Shown piece by piece: positions 11,907 through 24,211 of a DNA stretch of 64,000 nucleotides. The notes under the pieces were generated by a model that saw nothing but the letters and a program-made list of their open reading frames with translations, was not told where the DNA came from and did not search any database. A program made the position numbers and the translations under genes. This DNA comes from Eledone cirrhosa. Its lineage: Eukaryota. How positions within the stretch are numbered: position 1 is the stretch's first letter; each line of letters opens with the position of its first letter. Location: assembly GCA_964016885.1 (NCBI GenBank), contig OZ024740.1, forward strand, positions 324,818,001 to 324,882,000, written 5' to 3'.

Positions 11907-13869
11907 ATGATTCAGGAAAAAACAACAAAGAATCGCAGAAACATGACTGTGGTGTGGCTGGACTATCAAAAAGCATTTGATAGTGTACCTCATGGGTGGA
12001 TTATTAAGGCTTTACAGTTAGCCCAAGTCCCACAACCACTGGTATCTGCTGTTGAACGTCTGACCAAGAACTGGTACACCAATTTGATCCTTAGAGGTGA
12101 GAAGGAACAAGTAGTTAAGACTGATAGGATACATTACCAGAAGGGCATCTTGCAGGGTGATAGCTTGTCAGTGCTACTCTTCGTTCTCTCACTAAATCCA
12201 CTCTCTTACCTACTCAGGAAACAAGGTGGACAAAGAAGTGGGTCCAGAAGTATCTCCTATTTTTTCTTTGTTGATGACCTGAAGTTGTATGGGCCAAATA
12301 TCAATGACATCAAGAAACAATTGGACCTCATTATACAATTTTCAACCGACATCAAAATGAAATTTGGTGAGTCCAAGTGTGCATAGTTTGCAGTAAAACG
12401 TGGAAGAGCTGTGCGCTCCTCTAGAAATCTAGAGATGAACGGCCTGACAATAAAACCTCTACAGTCAAGTGACATCTACATATATCTTGGACAGGATGAG
12501 AATGTCAGATATGATGGACCCATAAATAAGGAGAGAACCAGAACTGAATACCTCAGAAGAGTAAAGGAAATATGGTCATCAGAACTGTCAGCATACAACA
12601 AATACATTGCCCACAATACTTATGCTGTGCCAATTCTAACGCCAACATTTGGCCTGCTGAAGTTGTCATTGCAAGAACTAAGTGAGATGGATGTTAGAAC
12701 TCGCAAACTTTTCAGTGTTACTGGGAACTTTAACATCAATGGTGATGTGGATAGGCTATACTTCTCACGCAAGGAAGGTGGCCGGGGTCTAAAATCAATA
12801 TTAACAACATATGAGACCCGGATAGTAACACTGAAGCAACACGTTCAACAGAGGAAAAAGGTTGGCAACCATCTTGTCCAGGTTTATGAGCATGAAAAAA
12901 AAATATCATTAGACTGATCTGGAGGAGAGGTGTGGAATAAAGCCTGATATAAATCTCTCACCCAGAGAAATAGGAAGATCCTATTCAATGTTCAAAGATA
13001 AAAAAATTGACCAATTTACAGAAAAGGTTGTGCATGGATACTTGAGACGTAAAACACAGACCATTGAGGAGATAAACCACTCAAAAAGCCTGGAATGGAG
13101 TTCCGACAAGTTTATGACATCACACCTTGAGGGATATCTCTATGCAATACAGGAACAAGAACTCTCTACCAAATATCTGCTGCACAAAAGGGGAGGGCCA
13201 GCAGCTGACAATAAATGTAGGCTATGTAAAACAAAGATCGAGGATGTAAGCCACATTGTTGCCAGCTGCGAAAGAATGTCATCTCGCTACTACCTCCCCA
13301 TGAGACACGATGGGATAGCTAGAACCATCTGGAACGCACTTCGGAAAACAAAATTAACAACAAACGAGGAAGAATATATTGAGACAGATGGCACTAAGGA
13401 ATACTGGTGGAACCTGAAAATGAAAACTGCCACCAAATTAAAGCACAACTGGCCTGATATTGTTGTTTGGGACCACACATTGAAAACGTGTTCTGTTGTG
13501 GAGATCAGCTGCCCACTTGATGTAAACGTTATCAGAAAAATACAGGAGAAGGAGGACATCTACGGACCATTCATGAGGAGTTTACAAATCCAGTATCCAA
13601 GATACACCTTTAGCTTCATACTCATCATTATTGGAGCTACGGGTTATATACCAACGCGCTTAGACCAAAGTATGACTGAACTTGGATTTGCGAACAAAAA
13701 GCGCAGCTCCCTAATTCATAGTCTACAAATGGCTGCGATAGCTGGCACCCTCAAAATTTGCAAAACATTCTTGCGATTCAAAGGATGACAATTTCTTTTC
13801 TTTTACAACCTTGTCACCAGGAAGGTGGCCGGTCAAAAAAATATACTCGAAATTAAGCGAAAGAGATAA
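11907..13869 (+). mobile_element. R4/Dong-like RLE retrotransposon, subfamily 2, 5'-truncated (copy E2)
   Basis: WLDYQKAFDSVPH, QGDSLS, FVDDLKLY (RT); CRLC..EDVSHIVASC; RHD; WWN..HNWPDIVVWD..VVEISCP..KE (RLE); short 3' UTR; flanked by (CATA)n. Confidence 0.92.
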
Positions 13870-13966
13870 CATACATACATACATACATACATACATACAT
13901 ACATACATACATACATACATACATACATACATACATACATACTTACATACATACATACATACATAC

Positions 13967-15740
13967 TTGTGGACGATATGAACATGGATGGGATGAAGAG
14001 CATGGATGGGATGAAGAAAAATCGTGACCTGGTTACAACGTTCTCAAAGGATATAGGAATGGAGTTTGGCCAAGATAAATGCTCATACATGACTGTAAAG
14101 CGGGAAAAAACAACAACCCAATCTAGCAACATTGTCATCAATGGCCTAACTATTTCACCGATATCTGATGAGGACTACTACAGATACCTGGGGATAGATG
14201 AGAACATATCCTATAATGGTATCTGTAATAAAGAACGCGTAACCAGGGAATACTACACCCGATTAAGAAAGATCTGGTCAACGGAACTCTCTGCGCAAAA
14301 TAAAACAGAGGCTCACAATGTGTTTGCTGTGCCTGTCCTAACACCAACGTTTGGAATACTCAATTGGACGATAGACGAAATCCGAGCAGTTGATGTTGGA
14401 ACTCGAAAATTATTGAACAACACCGGAAACTTCCACATCAACAGTGACATAGACCACCTTTACTTGAAACGTAAGCAGGGAGGCAGAGGCCTAACATCAG
14501 TCCAGACAACATTTGAATGTCGCATCATATCTCCCCGACAACATCTACGAACCTCGAAGCGTAGGAGCCCGCTTCTCGAGCAAGTCTATCTGCATGAAAC
14601 AGATAAGATCATGAGAGTTGGGAAGGAACTCCTCGAGAGATATTCCCTGTGTGATAATCAAAAACTCACACCCAGGGATGTCGCTCAGCAGTATCGCAGT
14701 GAATCCATGGATGAAAAACTGCATGCCTATCAGCAAAAAATCATGCATGGATATATTGCCAGGAAGCTCCAGAGTGAGAGTAATATAGATAAGGAAAGTA
14801 GTCTATCTTGGACCAACAACCGCTATATTGGCTCCCACTTTGAAGGATACGCTTTTGCAATCCAAGAACAGGAGATTAGCACGAAATACCTGATTCATAA
14901 AAGACATAGGGATGCAGGCAAACACCTAGATGTGATAACAAGTGCAGAATCTGCAGAACTAACATCGAGGATATCACCCATGTCATCAGCAGCTGTCCAA
15001 AGATGTCATCGCGGTACTATCTACCTATGAGGCATGATGTAGTGGCCAAAACACTGTACAATGCAGTTCGTGAAAAAGATAGCCCCGATAATAAACACAT
15101 TAAAAGCTACAACAATGTGGAAGACATCTACGTACATAATATGAAAGTGTACTGGTGGAATGTTCCAGTAAAAACCCCAATAAAATGCAGGCATAACAGA
15201 CCAGATTTTATGATATGAGACAGGGAGAAGAAAACATGCACAGTAGTGAAAATTAGCTGCCCAGCAGATGCCAATATAATATCAAAGATTAGTGAAAAGG
15301 AGAATATTTATGCAGAACTGATGAGAAATCTGCAGATACTCCACCCTGATTACACCTTCAGATTATGCCTGTGATTATTGAGGCACTGGGGCATGTTAGT
15401 AACTGCCTCAATACAAATCTTGAGAAGCTAGGCTTCACAGGAACAGAAAGAACACAACTAGTTAGGAAACTACAAGTACAATCCATTAATGGAACAGTAA
15501 AGAATATGTAAGACATTCCAAAAATGTTGCACCTAATAACTGCATATACACATGTACAGATGCAAAGCATATACACATGCACACATACAACTCAAAACAT
15601 CCACATCCACACATACAATAACATCCATATCTACACATGCATGCATACATAATCTACCTAGTTGATGTGTAAATTCCAATGACGAGTCTTTGTGTCTATG
15701 TTAGAAACCGACTGTCTCTCTATTGGTAAAACCAGAAGAA
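13967..15740 (+). mobile_element. R4/Dong-like RLE retrotransposon, subfamily 1, 5'-truncated (copy E3)
   Basis: Begins at the VDD motif; YRYLG, GGRGL, RHD, HNRPD; highly similar to E1 including 3' UTR; flanked by (CATA)n. Confidence 0.92.
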
Positions 15741-15783
15741 CGTACATACATACATACATACATACATACATACATACATACAT

Positions 15784-16102
15784 GCTAGTTAAGAAATTAC
15801 AAGTACAATCCATTAATAGAGCAGTAAAAATATGTAAAACATTCCAGATTCTGCATCTAATAACTGCATATACACATGTACAGATACAAAGCATATGTAC
15901 ATACACACATACAACTCAAAACATACACATCCATACATACAATAACATCCATACCTGCACACACATGCATGCATGCAGACATGCATACATATCTACCTAG
16001 TTGATGTTGTGTAAATTCCAATGAGAGAGTCTTGTGTTTATGTTAGAACCCGGCTTTCTTTCTCTATTGGTAAACATTTGTGAAATTATAAAACCAGAAC
16101 AA
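15784..16102 (+). mobile_element. R4/Dong-like subfamily 1, short 3' fragment (copy E4)
   Basis: Matches the last ~310 bp of E1/E3 (LVKKLQVQSINRAVKICKTF + 3' UTR); ends ...CCAGAACAA|CATACATAC. Confidence 0.88.
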
Positions 16103-16894
16103 CATACATACATGAATGCATACACACATTCATGGATACATACATACAGAGAGACAGATAGACTGACAGACAGACATGCAGACATTGACTATTCCTTAAA
16201 TTTCAGTTGGATACTACCTCAAACTGTGGTCCAAACACTACCAGTTTTGTTGAATAACTCGATATTCTTCTGATCCCATTCATTGAAGAATCCTTTATTC
16301 AAAATTGGAGACATATCCGTTTGAAAATTGGATTTACCTTACAAGGATTTACTATAAACATCAGAGCAAGACACGACATCATTAACGGAATGGTGAAGAA
16401 TCAAAGAAACACAACACTGAGAAAGGTTAACAGAACAGTTGTAGTTACAGAAGAAAGCGAAACTATAAATTACATTTTCCATGGATATCCGACGTGAATA
16501 ATAATCTATTAAATTGCTATAAACAGCAAGAAAAGCTCTTTCTGTTGGTTATATGAATAGAATGGAATTACACTGTGACAGACTTCACCTAAATTATTTC
16601 ACAACAAAACAATTATACCAACAAATAACAACTGTCGAACTTAAAAACAACATTATTCAAAACGATATTACACCTCACGAAGGCGATGACACAGGACCGT
16701 GACCTCTGGTGCTATGAAGTATTACAGAAGACCCGTCCTCTATTATTCTAGGGCTGAGACAAATACCTAGTAGGCAACACCATTCCCTTCCACCTTCCCT
16801 CACATAGACTCCCTCATACCTACGTTCCCAATTTCTAAAGACATCTTCCCCACCCTTCCCAAGTTCCCAACCGCCTCTATAAATTGATTCCCCT

Positions 16895-17145
16895 CTGGAG
16901 CCACGACAAAAAAGCGCAGCCCACTATAGGGGTCATATAGGCGTCATGACAAAAGCGAGCGCCCAATCCATAATGTAAAGTGGTCATGTAAGTGACACGA
17001 CAAAAGCACCCAGACCACGCTGTAAAGTGGTTGTGAAGGCGACACGTCAAAAAGCACCCAGCACACATTGTAAACGTGGTTGGTGTTAGGAAGGGGATCC
17101 AGCCGTAAAAACCAAGATGAACGTTAAACGATGATGATGATGATG
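16895..17145 (+). mobile_element. SINE 3' fragment with internal ~44-bp tandem duplications and RTE-like (GAT)n tail
   Basis: Repeated AAAAGCACCCAG...TGTAAAGTGGT units, then GTTAGGAAGGGGATCCAGCCGTAAAAACC...ACGTTAAACGATGATGATG. Confidence 0.65.
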
Positions 17146-17661
17146 AGTGTAATTTCATTTCAAAATTTATTCCAACCAAACATTCTCCTAGATCAGACAT
17201 GCTATTAACACTTGTTGTCACAGTCTTTCCTCCTGCTACTCCGTTACAATTGAGTCTGTCTAACCATCAACATCAAACAGACTCACCGGCAACAAACTGA
17301 AACACCACGTATCGATCCCGACTACTATGTAACTACGCAGTCACGCTGACGATGACATCAAAATGCCATCAACGGTAAATGTACTATTTATCTGATGGGA
17401 AAGTGAATAGTACAAACAATTTAAATGTATCCTTAATTTTTTTAAATTTATGTCATCAAATGAGAAACAACACCTGACGATATGTAGCAAAAGAACGAAT
17501 AAAGAGATTTTATCCACTATTTACGACTGAATAATACCCCAATATGTTCACATTTTAATGTTTGTTTATATGCCTTAGTAAGTATTATAAATCATTACCT
17601 AGACGATACTAGATATGTGTACAGACAAAACAACACAAAAGGTGTGATAGATTTCTAAAAT

Positions 17662-17880
17662 AATGGTTTTTTATATAGGCACAAGGTCAGCAATTTGGAG
17701 GAGGGGAAAGTCGATTAAATCGACCCCAGTGCGTGACTGTTACTTTATTTTATTGACCGCGTAACGATGAAAGGCAAAATTAACATCGGCGGGATTTGAA
17801 CTCAGATCATAAAGGACCGTAACTCTATGCTGCAAAGCATGGCGTCCGACCCTCTACCGATACTGCCAATCCAGCGCCCT
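17662..17880 (-). mobile_element. Family B SINE (plus a partial + strand copy at ~17975-18060)
   Basis: Matches family B consensus. Confidence 0.85.
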
Positions 17881-19835
17881 ATGGATTTCTAAAATAATAA
17901 AAAAAGATTGTTGATCTACGAATATCTGTTATGTGGCGATATTTATCGCATGTAAACTAAAACATAACTACACACTTATGGCCTTTACGGGGTCGATAAA
18001 AAAAGCACCAGTAATGCACTGGTGTAATTGCTGGCCTTGTGTCAAAAGTAGAAACAGTTATTTGGAGATAGTAAAGAAATGAATGTTGAATACAAATTGA
18101 TCACCTTCACACAAGAGTAAAGAGCTCTCTCTCAATGAGAAACTCCGGTGTCAGATGAGTGGCTAAACCAGAATGAAGTTCAGTTGAAACCAATAATTGG
18201 TATTTAGAGAGATGAAGGGTAAATCAATAAATGTCACAGGTTCCTTCCCAGAAAGACACTGATTCATTCTGGAGAAAAATATGGTCTGAGGAAAGACGTT
18301 TAACCAGGATGCAGTGTGGATGAGAAAAAGTCTAAAGGAACTAAAGTCCTCCTTACCTCCTTACATTCACCAAAAGCATGCAGTATCAACGGTGAAACTC
18401 CTGAGACTGTGGCGGGAAGACTTCAGAATAAGAAAGCGCCATGAAAATACTTGATTGTTAACTATTGTTGCAAGAAATTTACTTTCTATCGAAGACATCT
18501 GGGCAGCCCCTACCAGCAGGCTCTCAATGTGATATACATATACCAAGCTGGTTTGCGTTGGCAGAGGCGAAATTGATCCCCTAAACAAAGAAACACACTA
18601 CACAAAAAACTACCGACAGATTCAATGTCAAAATTTGATATATAAAATGTATACAGCCTGTTCGAAGCTGTTTTTCCAGAATCACTATGACAATCACAAT
18701 ATCATCTTCGATGTGCAAGCAATTGCAAGGAAACGAGTGTGAGGATGTTCTGAGCAACTCCTAATTAAGAAAACTCTGATGTCGGAGGCGTGACAACATA
18801 TGAGGTTCTTGGTCACAGATCGGCTTGATTACAGGAAAACATTCGATTGTGTGCCCTAAGATTGGATGCCAGAGACCCTTCGACTTGTTAAAGCACTGAT
18901 GGAATAGACTATTACAAAGGTATATTTCAAGGAGATATTCTCCCAATGATGCTGTTTATATTCCCAGTTAACCCCTTGACCTTAAAGTTGAGGAAATATG
19001 GAAGGTGCGCAATTGGTTCACAGGAAGTCAAAAACACTAACCGTGGACGATTTGAAAGTGTGTGCTAGAAGTTTAAATGACATGAAGAAGAGCTTTGACC
19101 TGGTTACGACTTTCTCGAAAGATATAAGGATCAGGTTTGTTCAGGATAGATGTTCCTACAAGACAGTCTAGTAACATTTCTGTCAATGGTATGGCTGATT
19201 GGCCGGTGTCTGACGAGGAGTGATAAGGAAACTTACGGAATTACGAAACTTGTTTCTATGGAATTTGCAACAAGGGTCGAGTAATCAGAGAATATAATAC
19301 CCGAATAGAAAAATATGGCCCAAAATGTGTTTGCTGTAGTAGTATTATTGTAGCAGCCCAGTATTAGTGCAGCTCTCTCTCCTTCTGGCTGTCAAACCTC
19401 GAATTCACTTTATATTTATCATTCATTTCTTAATGTCAAAATTTTTGTCGCACTCTTTGCAGCCTGCTTATTGATACAGTTCTACTAGAACTCAGGTGAC
19501 AATCAGTGCGACGAACATTTGAACACAAGGAAATAAAAAAGTGTAAAAAAAGTTTCGTGTGATTTTGAAGAACAGTAACGGATCTAACAGGATGCAATTT
19601 CGTTAAATTCAATTCACTTTCAAGTGACTTGCCAGACATGTACAGCTGTGGCTAAATGATTAAAACAATTACATCCATGATATAATTGTTTTAGTTTCAA
19701 CTCACGGTCTCAGATCACGTCACTCACGAGATAAGTACAACTCCGAAATAATTAACGTTACTAGATTACGAAGTAATATAAGCACAATTGTACGTATAGT
19801 CCGTTTAATGGAGATCTGATAAATTTTGCGAGCAA

Positions 19836-19841
19836 TTTATT
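19836..19841 (-). promoter_or_regulatory. Candidate polyadenylation signal of the CAP gene
   Basis: AATAAA on the - strand within 10 nt downstream of the stop codon. Confidence 0.45.
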
Positions 19842-19849
19842 AGAAATAT

Positions 19850-20725
19850 TTAACTGTTAAACAAAACATTGTAAATAAGTAAACCCAATACCAATATGTC
19901 TGCGCAACAGAAAAAAATCCATTTGATTATCTTTCCTAGAAAACCTGAACTGTATTTTTTTAACATGGTAGAAGAGAAGCGAGGTAATTTTAAATATTTA
20001 CATATATCGTTTGCGTACATCTTGCATGGGATGCCTGGATCTATGTAGGACGAGTGTATGAAACATTTAGAACCATATATATGGAGCTGGTGTGAACATT
20101 TAGAGTTACAGATTGTAATATTGGATTCTCCAGTGGGGTCACATTCCTTTAGTAGCGTCTTTTTCTCTCCTTCGAGAGCATAATTGCAAACATAGAACAT
20201 GCTATTATTTGAACATAACACATCGTCACACCCAGAGAAATGAGATGATGAGGCAATCATCTGTAAGTATTCTCTAGTTTTATTACTATGGTGATTAGTA
20301 GAATTGTAATTCTTGGCTTCTTCATTCCATTCAATTATGGCATCTTTCCACGAAATTTTGCTCGCCACAAAATATTCTCCAAATTTGTGTTTCGCTAGTA
20401 TCGGTCTATTGACATCACTGACATGTCCCAGTATGCAACTATCTGCCCATTTCTTTGCCAAAGATGCTAGTTCGTTATTCCAGTGTAATTTCAAAAGACC
20501 ACATGCTGATGGGATAACAGACAAACGATATTCTTTAATAAAAGCGAAAATCTGGTTTATATCCGTTGTATTCACTGCAAAGGATCTTTTTAAAATCTTT
20601 GATTCTTGCATACATTCTGATGAAATTATACTAAACCTAAATGTTTTTGGAAGATTATATCCGGCTTTCCCGTCTTCAGGTATGAACTGTAAAAGGAACA
20701 ACATTAAAAGTGTATCCAGTTTCAT
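19850..20725 (-). CDS. CAP/SCP superfamily (GLIPR1/CRISP-like) protein, 291 aa, with signal peptide, Cys-rich hinge and C-terminal hydrophobic helix
   Basis: Uninterrupted non-repetitive ORF; N-terminal MKLDTLLMLFLLQF; CAP motifs LHWNNELASLAKKWADSCILGH, FGEY, AIIEWNEEAKNY, YLQM, SGC, FYVCNY; C-terminal IIKWIFFCCADILVLGLLIYNVLF; A at -3 of the ATG. Confidence 0.88.
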   Translation of the reverse strand: MKLDTLLMLFLLQFIPEDGKAGYNLPKTFRFSIISSECMQESKILKRSFAVNTTDINQIFAFIKEYRLSVIPSACGLLKLHWNNELASLAKKWADSCILGHVSDVNRPILAKHKFGEYFVASKISWKDAIIEWNEEAKNYNSTNHHSNKTREYLQMIASSSHFSGCDDVLCSNNSMFYVCNYALEGEKKTLLKECDPTGESNITICNSKCSHQLHIYGSKCFIHSSYIDPGIPCKMYANDICKYLKLPRFSSTMLKKYSSGFLGKIIKWIFFCCADILVLGLLIYNVLFNS

Positions 20726-20781
20726 TTTTGCAATATTTTTTTTATGTCAGCATTGATTACGAAACAAAAACTCCGAGATTC

Positions 20782-20795
20782 CTGTAGAGAAGATA
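20782..20795 (-). promoter_or_regulatory. Candidate 3' splice acceptor of a 5'-UTR intron of the CAP gene
   Basis: TATCTTCTCTACAG|G on the - strand, 56 nt upstream of the ATG. Confidence 0.45.
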
Positions 20796-21482
20796 TTTCT
20801 CATCATAATCGAAATTTACTTTCAGCTACAATTCTGATGGAATTAATCATTTGCAAAGCCACACTGATACTTTTTATAATATAAAGAGGAGTCGTGGTGG
20901 TTATGAGTGAGGATGGCCTCTAAACGATTCTTGGCGTCGACGAGGAGGAGAACAGTTTGTGTAATTTCTTGCAGGTTTCTCATGTAGGGGACCCTGAAAA
21001 ACTTCCACGCGTGTAAAATTTGATATTAATATATATTTCGATTGTAATCCATCAGTCCAACAGATGGTAAATCACCATTGGTATCGAAATAGAAAAATCT
21101 ATATAAATCTCTAATAATTTCCAATTAAAGATGCATCCTCATATAAAATACATTGACATTGTATTATCTCCACACTATATTATATAGATTTTATCACATC
21201 TACGAAACGAAATGTAGATTTCGTAGCTATAATCCATAGCTACGAAATGGAAGTTTAAATGTGAAAAATCTCGAAACAGGAAACGCTATATGCAGAACGC
21301 TGAGATAATACTGCTGCGGTGTACGTTCGTTCTTTTACTTAGTATCACTGGAGTAATGTTAAGCATATCGACACATATACAAACACATACATATACACAT
21401 TCATACATTTATGTATTAAAATATTATGTTGTGTGTATGTGTATATTACACACACACACACACACACACAGACAGACAGACA

Positions 21483-21616
<134 letters not shown>

Positions 21617-21632
21617 CACAAACACACACACC

Positions 21633-21661
<29 letters not shown>

Positions 21662-21663
<2 letters not shown>

Positions 21664-22585
21664 TCTGGCTATGGAAACAGCAGTTGGAATCAAGAGGACT
21701 GAGAGTGAACCTAGCTAAGACAAAAGTGTTGATGAGTAGAAAAGAGGACAAAACTCTGGAGGACAAAACTCTGATTCCGTCAAGGAAATGGCCATGTTCG
21801 ATATGCAGAAAAGGAACTGGCATACATTCTATAAAATGTACACAATGCAGATCTTGGGTACACAAGAGATGTAGTGGGATAGCAGGCAAACTAACAGGTA
21901 AGGAGAAATACGTATGCAGTAGATTACAGGGAAATTTGACAGTAGAATTCGCATTGATAGACACATTTTTCAAATGCAGGTGGGTGCTATAGAAGTGGTT
22001 GATAGCTTCCGGTACCTAGGAGATCAAATTGGCATGGGAGGGGGTGTTCCGAGGCCATAATATCTAGAATAAGGACGGGTTGGAAGAAGTTTAAGGAGCT
22101 GCTTCCTCTGCTGACGAAGAAGGGTTTCTCCTTGCGTACAATGCGCGATGCTGCATGGTAGTCAGACATGGACAGCAACTGCAGAGGATATGCGGCGGCT
22201 GGAGAGAAATGATGCAAGCATGCTCCGTTGGATGTGCAATGTCAATGTGCGTGAACGACCCACCATGAATTTGTTGAGAGAGAAACTGTATCTGAGAGGG
22301 ATAAATTGTTGTATGCGGGAGAGGAGACTGCGATGGTATGGACATGTGATGCGCATGGAGGGTGACCGATGGATCAAGAAGTGCTAAGAAATGCCAGTTG
22401 AAGGAAGACGTAATAGAGGAAGACCACGAAAAACATGGGCGGAGATGGTGAGAGCAGACCTCATATCGCTGAAGCTCACGGTGGAGATGACAAAGGACCG
22501 TGACAAATGGAGAGATGCTGTGCTGAATAGGACCCGTCCCACCCTTGCAGGCAGGGGAAAGCGGACGTAAAATGATGATGATGAT
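21662..22585 (+). mobile_element. 3' fragment of the same RTE family as 5028-8001
   Basis: WKQQLESRGLRVNLAKTKVL..KWPCSICRKG..CTQCRSWVHKRCSG..; RRLERNDASMLRWMCNV..RRLRWYGHVMRM; tail GCGGACGTAAAATGATGATGATG. Confidence 0.92.
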
Positions 22586-22702
22586 ATACACACACACACA
22601 AACACAAATATGTAAATGCGGCACTGAACCAAGCTTTAATACACTGTCTTACTGGTTTATTGAATATAACACTGTATAGCATTGTATTTCTCACAATCCC
22701 CC

Positions 22703-22744
<42 letters not shown>

Positions 22745-22789
22745 ATATATATATATGTATATGTATATTTATATATATATATATATGTG

Positions 22790-22877
<88 letters not shown>

Positions 22878-23004
22878 TATTGGTGCTCTGAATGTATGTA
22901 TAGTATATTTGGCAATATACTGTATGTTTAATTAAAAACATTTAAAAGACCATACGCTACGAGTTTTAAAGTAGTGACCATGTCACTTGCCTTAATCTCG
23001 ACAG

Positions 23005-23111
<107 letters not shown>

Positions 23112-23154
23112 GACATTCTTTCTGTTTCTCCATTGTGATTATGTCTCTATTTGT

Positions 23155-23190
23155 ACTCCTGAAGAAAGGCTTAAGCCCGACACGTCGAAC
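23155..23190 (+). ncRNA. Degenerate minimal hammerhead ribozyme motif (Penelope-type)
   Basis: CTGAAGA-AA-GGC-TTAA-GCC-C-GACA(for GAAA)-CG-TC. Confidence 0.6.
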
Positions 23191-23274
23191 TTTCTTTCCT
23201 CTTTCCAATATAAAGCGTGAAACTAATAAGACTTTTTATACCTCTGTTTGTTGTCTCCTTGAACTATATATCTA

Positions 23275-23712
23275 TCTATCTAGGGCGGTTAAAATTCCTG
23301 AGATCCATGGACGAGTTCTCTCCAGCGGTCTCTGTCCCTCATTATCGCTGCCATGTCCTGCGTCTCCAACAAACCAGTGTCTGTCCTTAGGGCGTCAACA
23401 TACGCTAACCTTGGTCTTCTTCTTCCAGTGTGTCCATGTAGGGGCTCCCACAGGAGCACTGAGTGCAATGTCAACTCTGGATATCGGTGAGCATGTCCAG
23501 CTAACCTCAGTCTCCTCTGTGTCACTTTTGAGCTGACTTTTGGGAGCCTCTTCATTGCTGTAGTGGAGTCTGTGCTGCTGTACGGGTCTGAGACTTGGAC
23601 ACTGACCAAGAAACTCACTCAGATGGTGGATGAGTGCTACACGAGAATGCTGAGGATGGCTCTGAACATTAATCAGTATACACTGAGGATGAAAAACTCA
23701 GAGCTGTATGGG

Positions 23713-23716
<4 letters not shown>
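23275..23716 (-). mobile_element. RTE-group 3' fragment with inverted 5' segment (twin-priming geometry)
   Basis: - strand from 23546 down: LPKVSSKVTQRRLRLAGH...MRDRDRW plus (TAGA)n tail; + strand 23548-23716: LFIAVVESVLLYGSETWTL...SELYGN, the protein segment expected immediately upstream of LPKVS. Confidence 0.85.
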
Positions 23717-23782
<66 letters not shown>

Positions 23783-24039
23783 ACAGATAGATAGATCTAC
23801 GTGTGTAGATCTATCTATCTAGTATATGTCACTATATATATCTATACACACATGAAGGCTTTCTAGTTTGCTTCAAGCATTGTTACTGTATAAAGTAGTA
23901 TGTTATTCGAAAGCTATGACAATGAATAGGCTGGTACACCGTGTCCTTAACACCTGAAACACATGTGCCTTCTTCAACAGGTACATGGGCAACCTACTTA
24001 TCCTTACGTCTCCCCACAAAGAGCCGACAGGAAATCCAC

Positions 24040-24211
24040 GACGTTCGCGAACGTGAACGATAGTCTACAGTTCACTGTGGAACACCCTGACCAAACTAAA
24101 TTCCTATCCCTACTCGACTTCCATCTCAGGGTAACGGAAGATGGTGACATCTACACCAACTTCTACAGGGAACCCGCATACAGAGATCTGGTTGTCCGTT
24201 ATAAATCGTAG
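24040..24211 (+). mobile_element. Penelope-like RT C-terminal fragment
   Basis: NVNDSLQFTVEHPDQTKFLSLLDFHLRVTEDGDIYTNFYREP..RYKS fits the PLE RT pattern FT.E...L.FLD...G...T..Y.KP...Y.S. Confidence 0.7.

Larger units (their letters stand above)
16450..19340 (+). mobile_element. Older, heavily decayed R4/Dong-like element interrupted by SINEs
   Basis: 16450-16650 translates (with frameshift) to PWISDVNNNLLNCYK/VGYMNRMELHCDRLH (N-terminal motif of this clade); 18730-19340 has LDYRKTFDCVP, GIFQGD, VDDLKV and aligns loosely to E3. Continuity between the two parts is inferred. Confidence 0.6.

Noticed and set aside
20313-20756. 147-aa + strand ORF
   Set aside because: Antisense shadow of the CAP gene.
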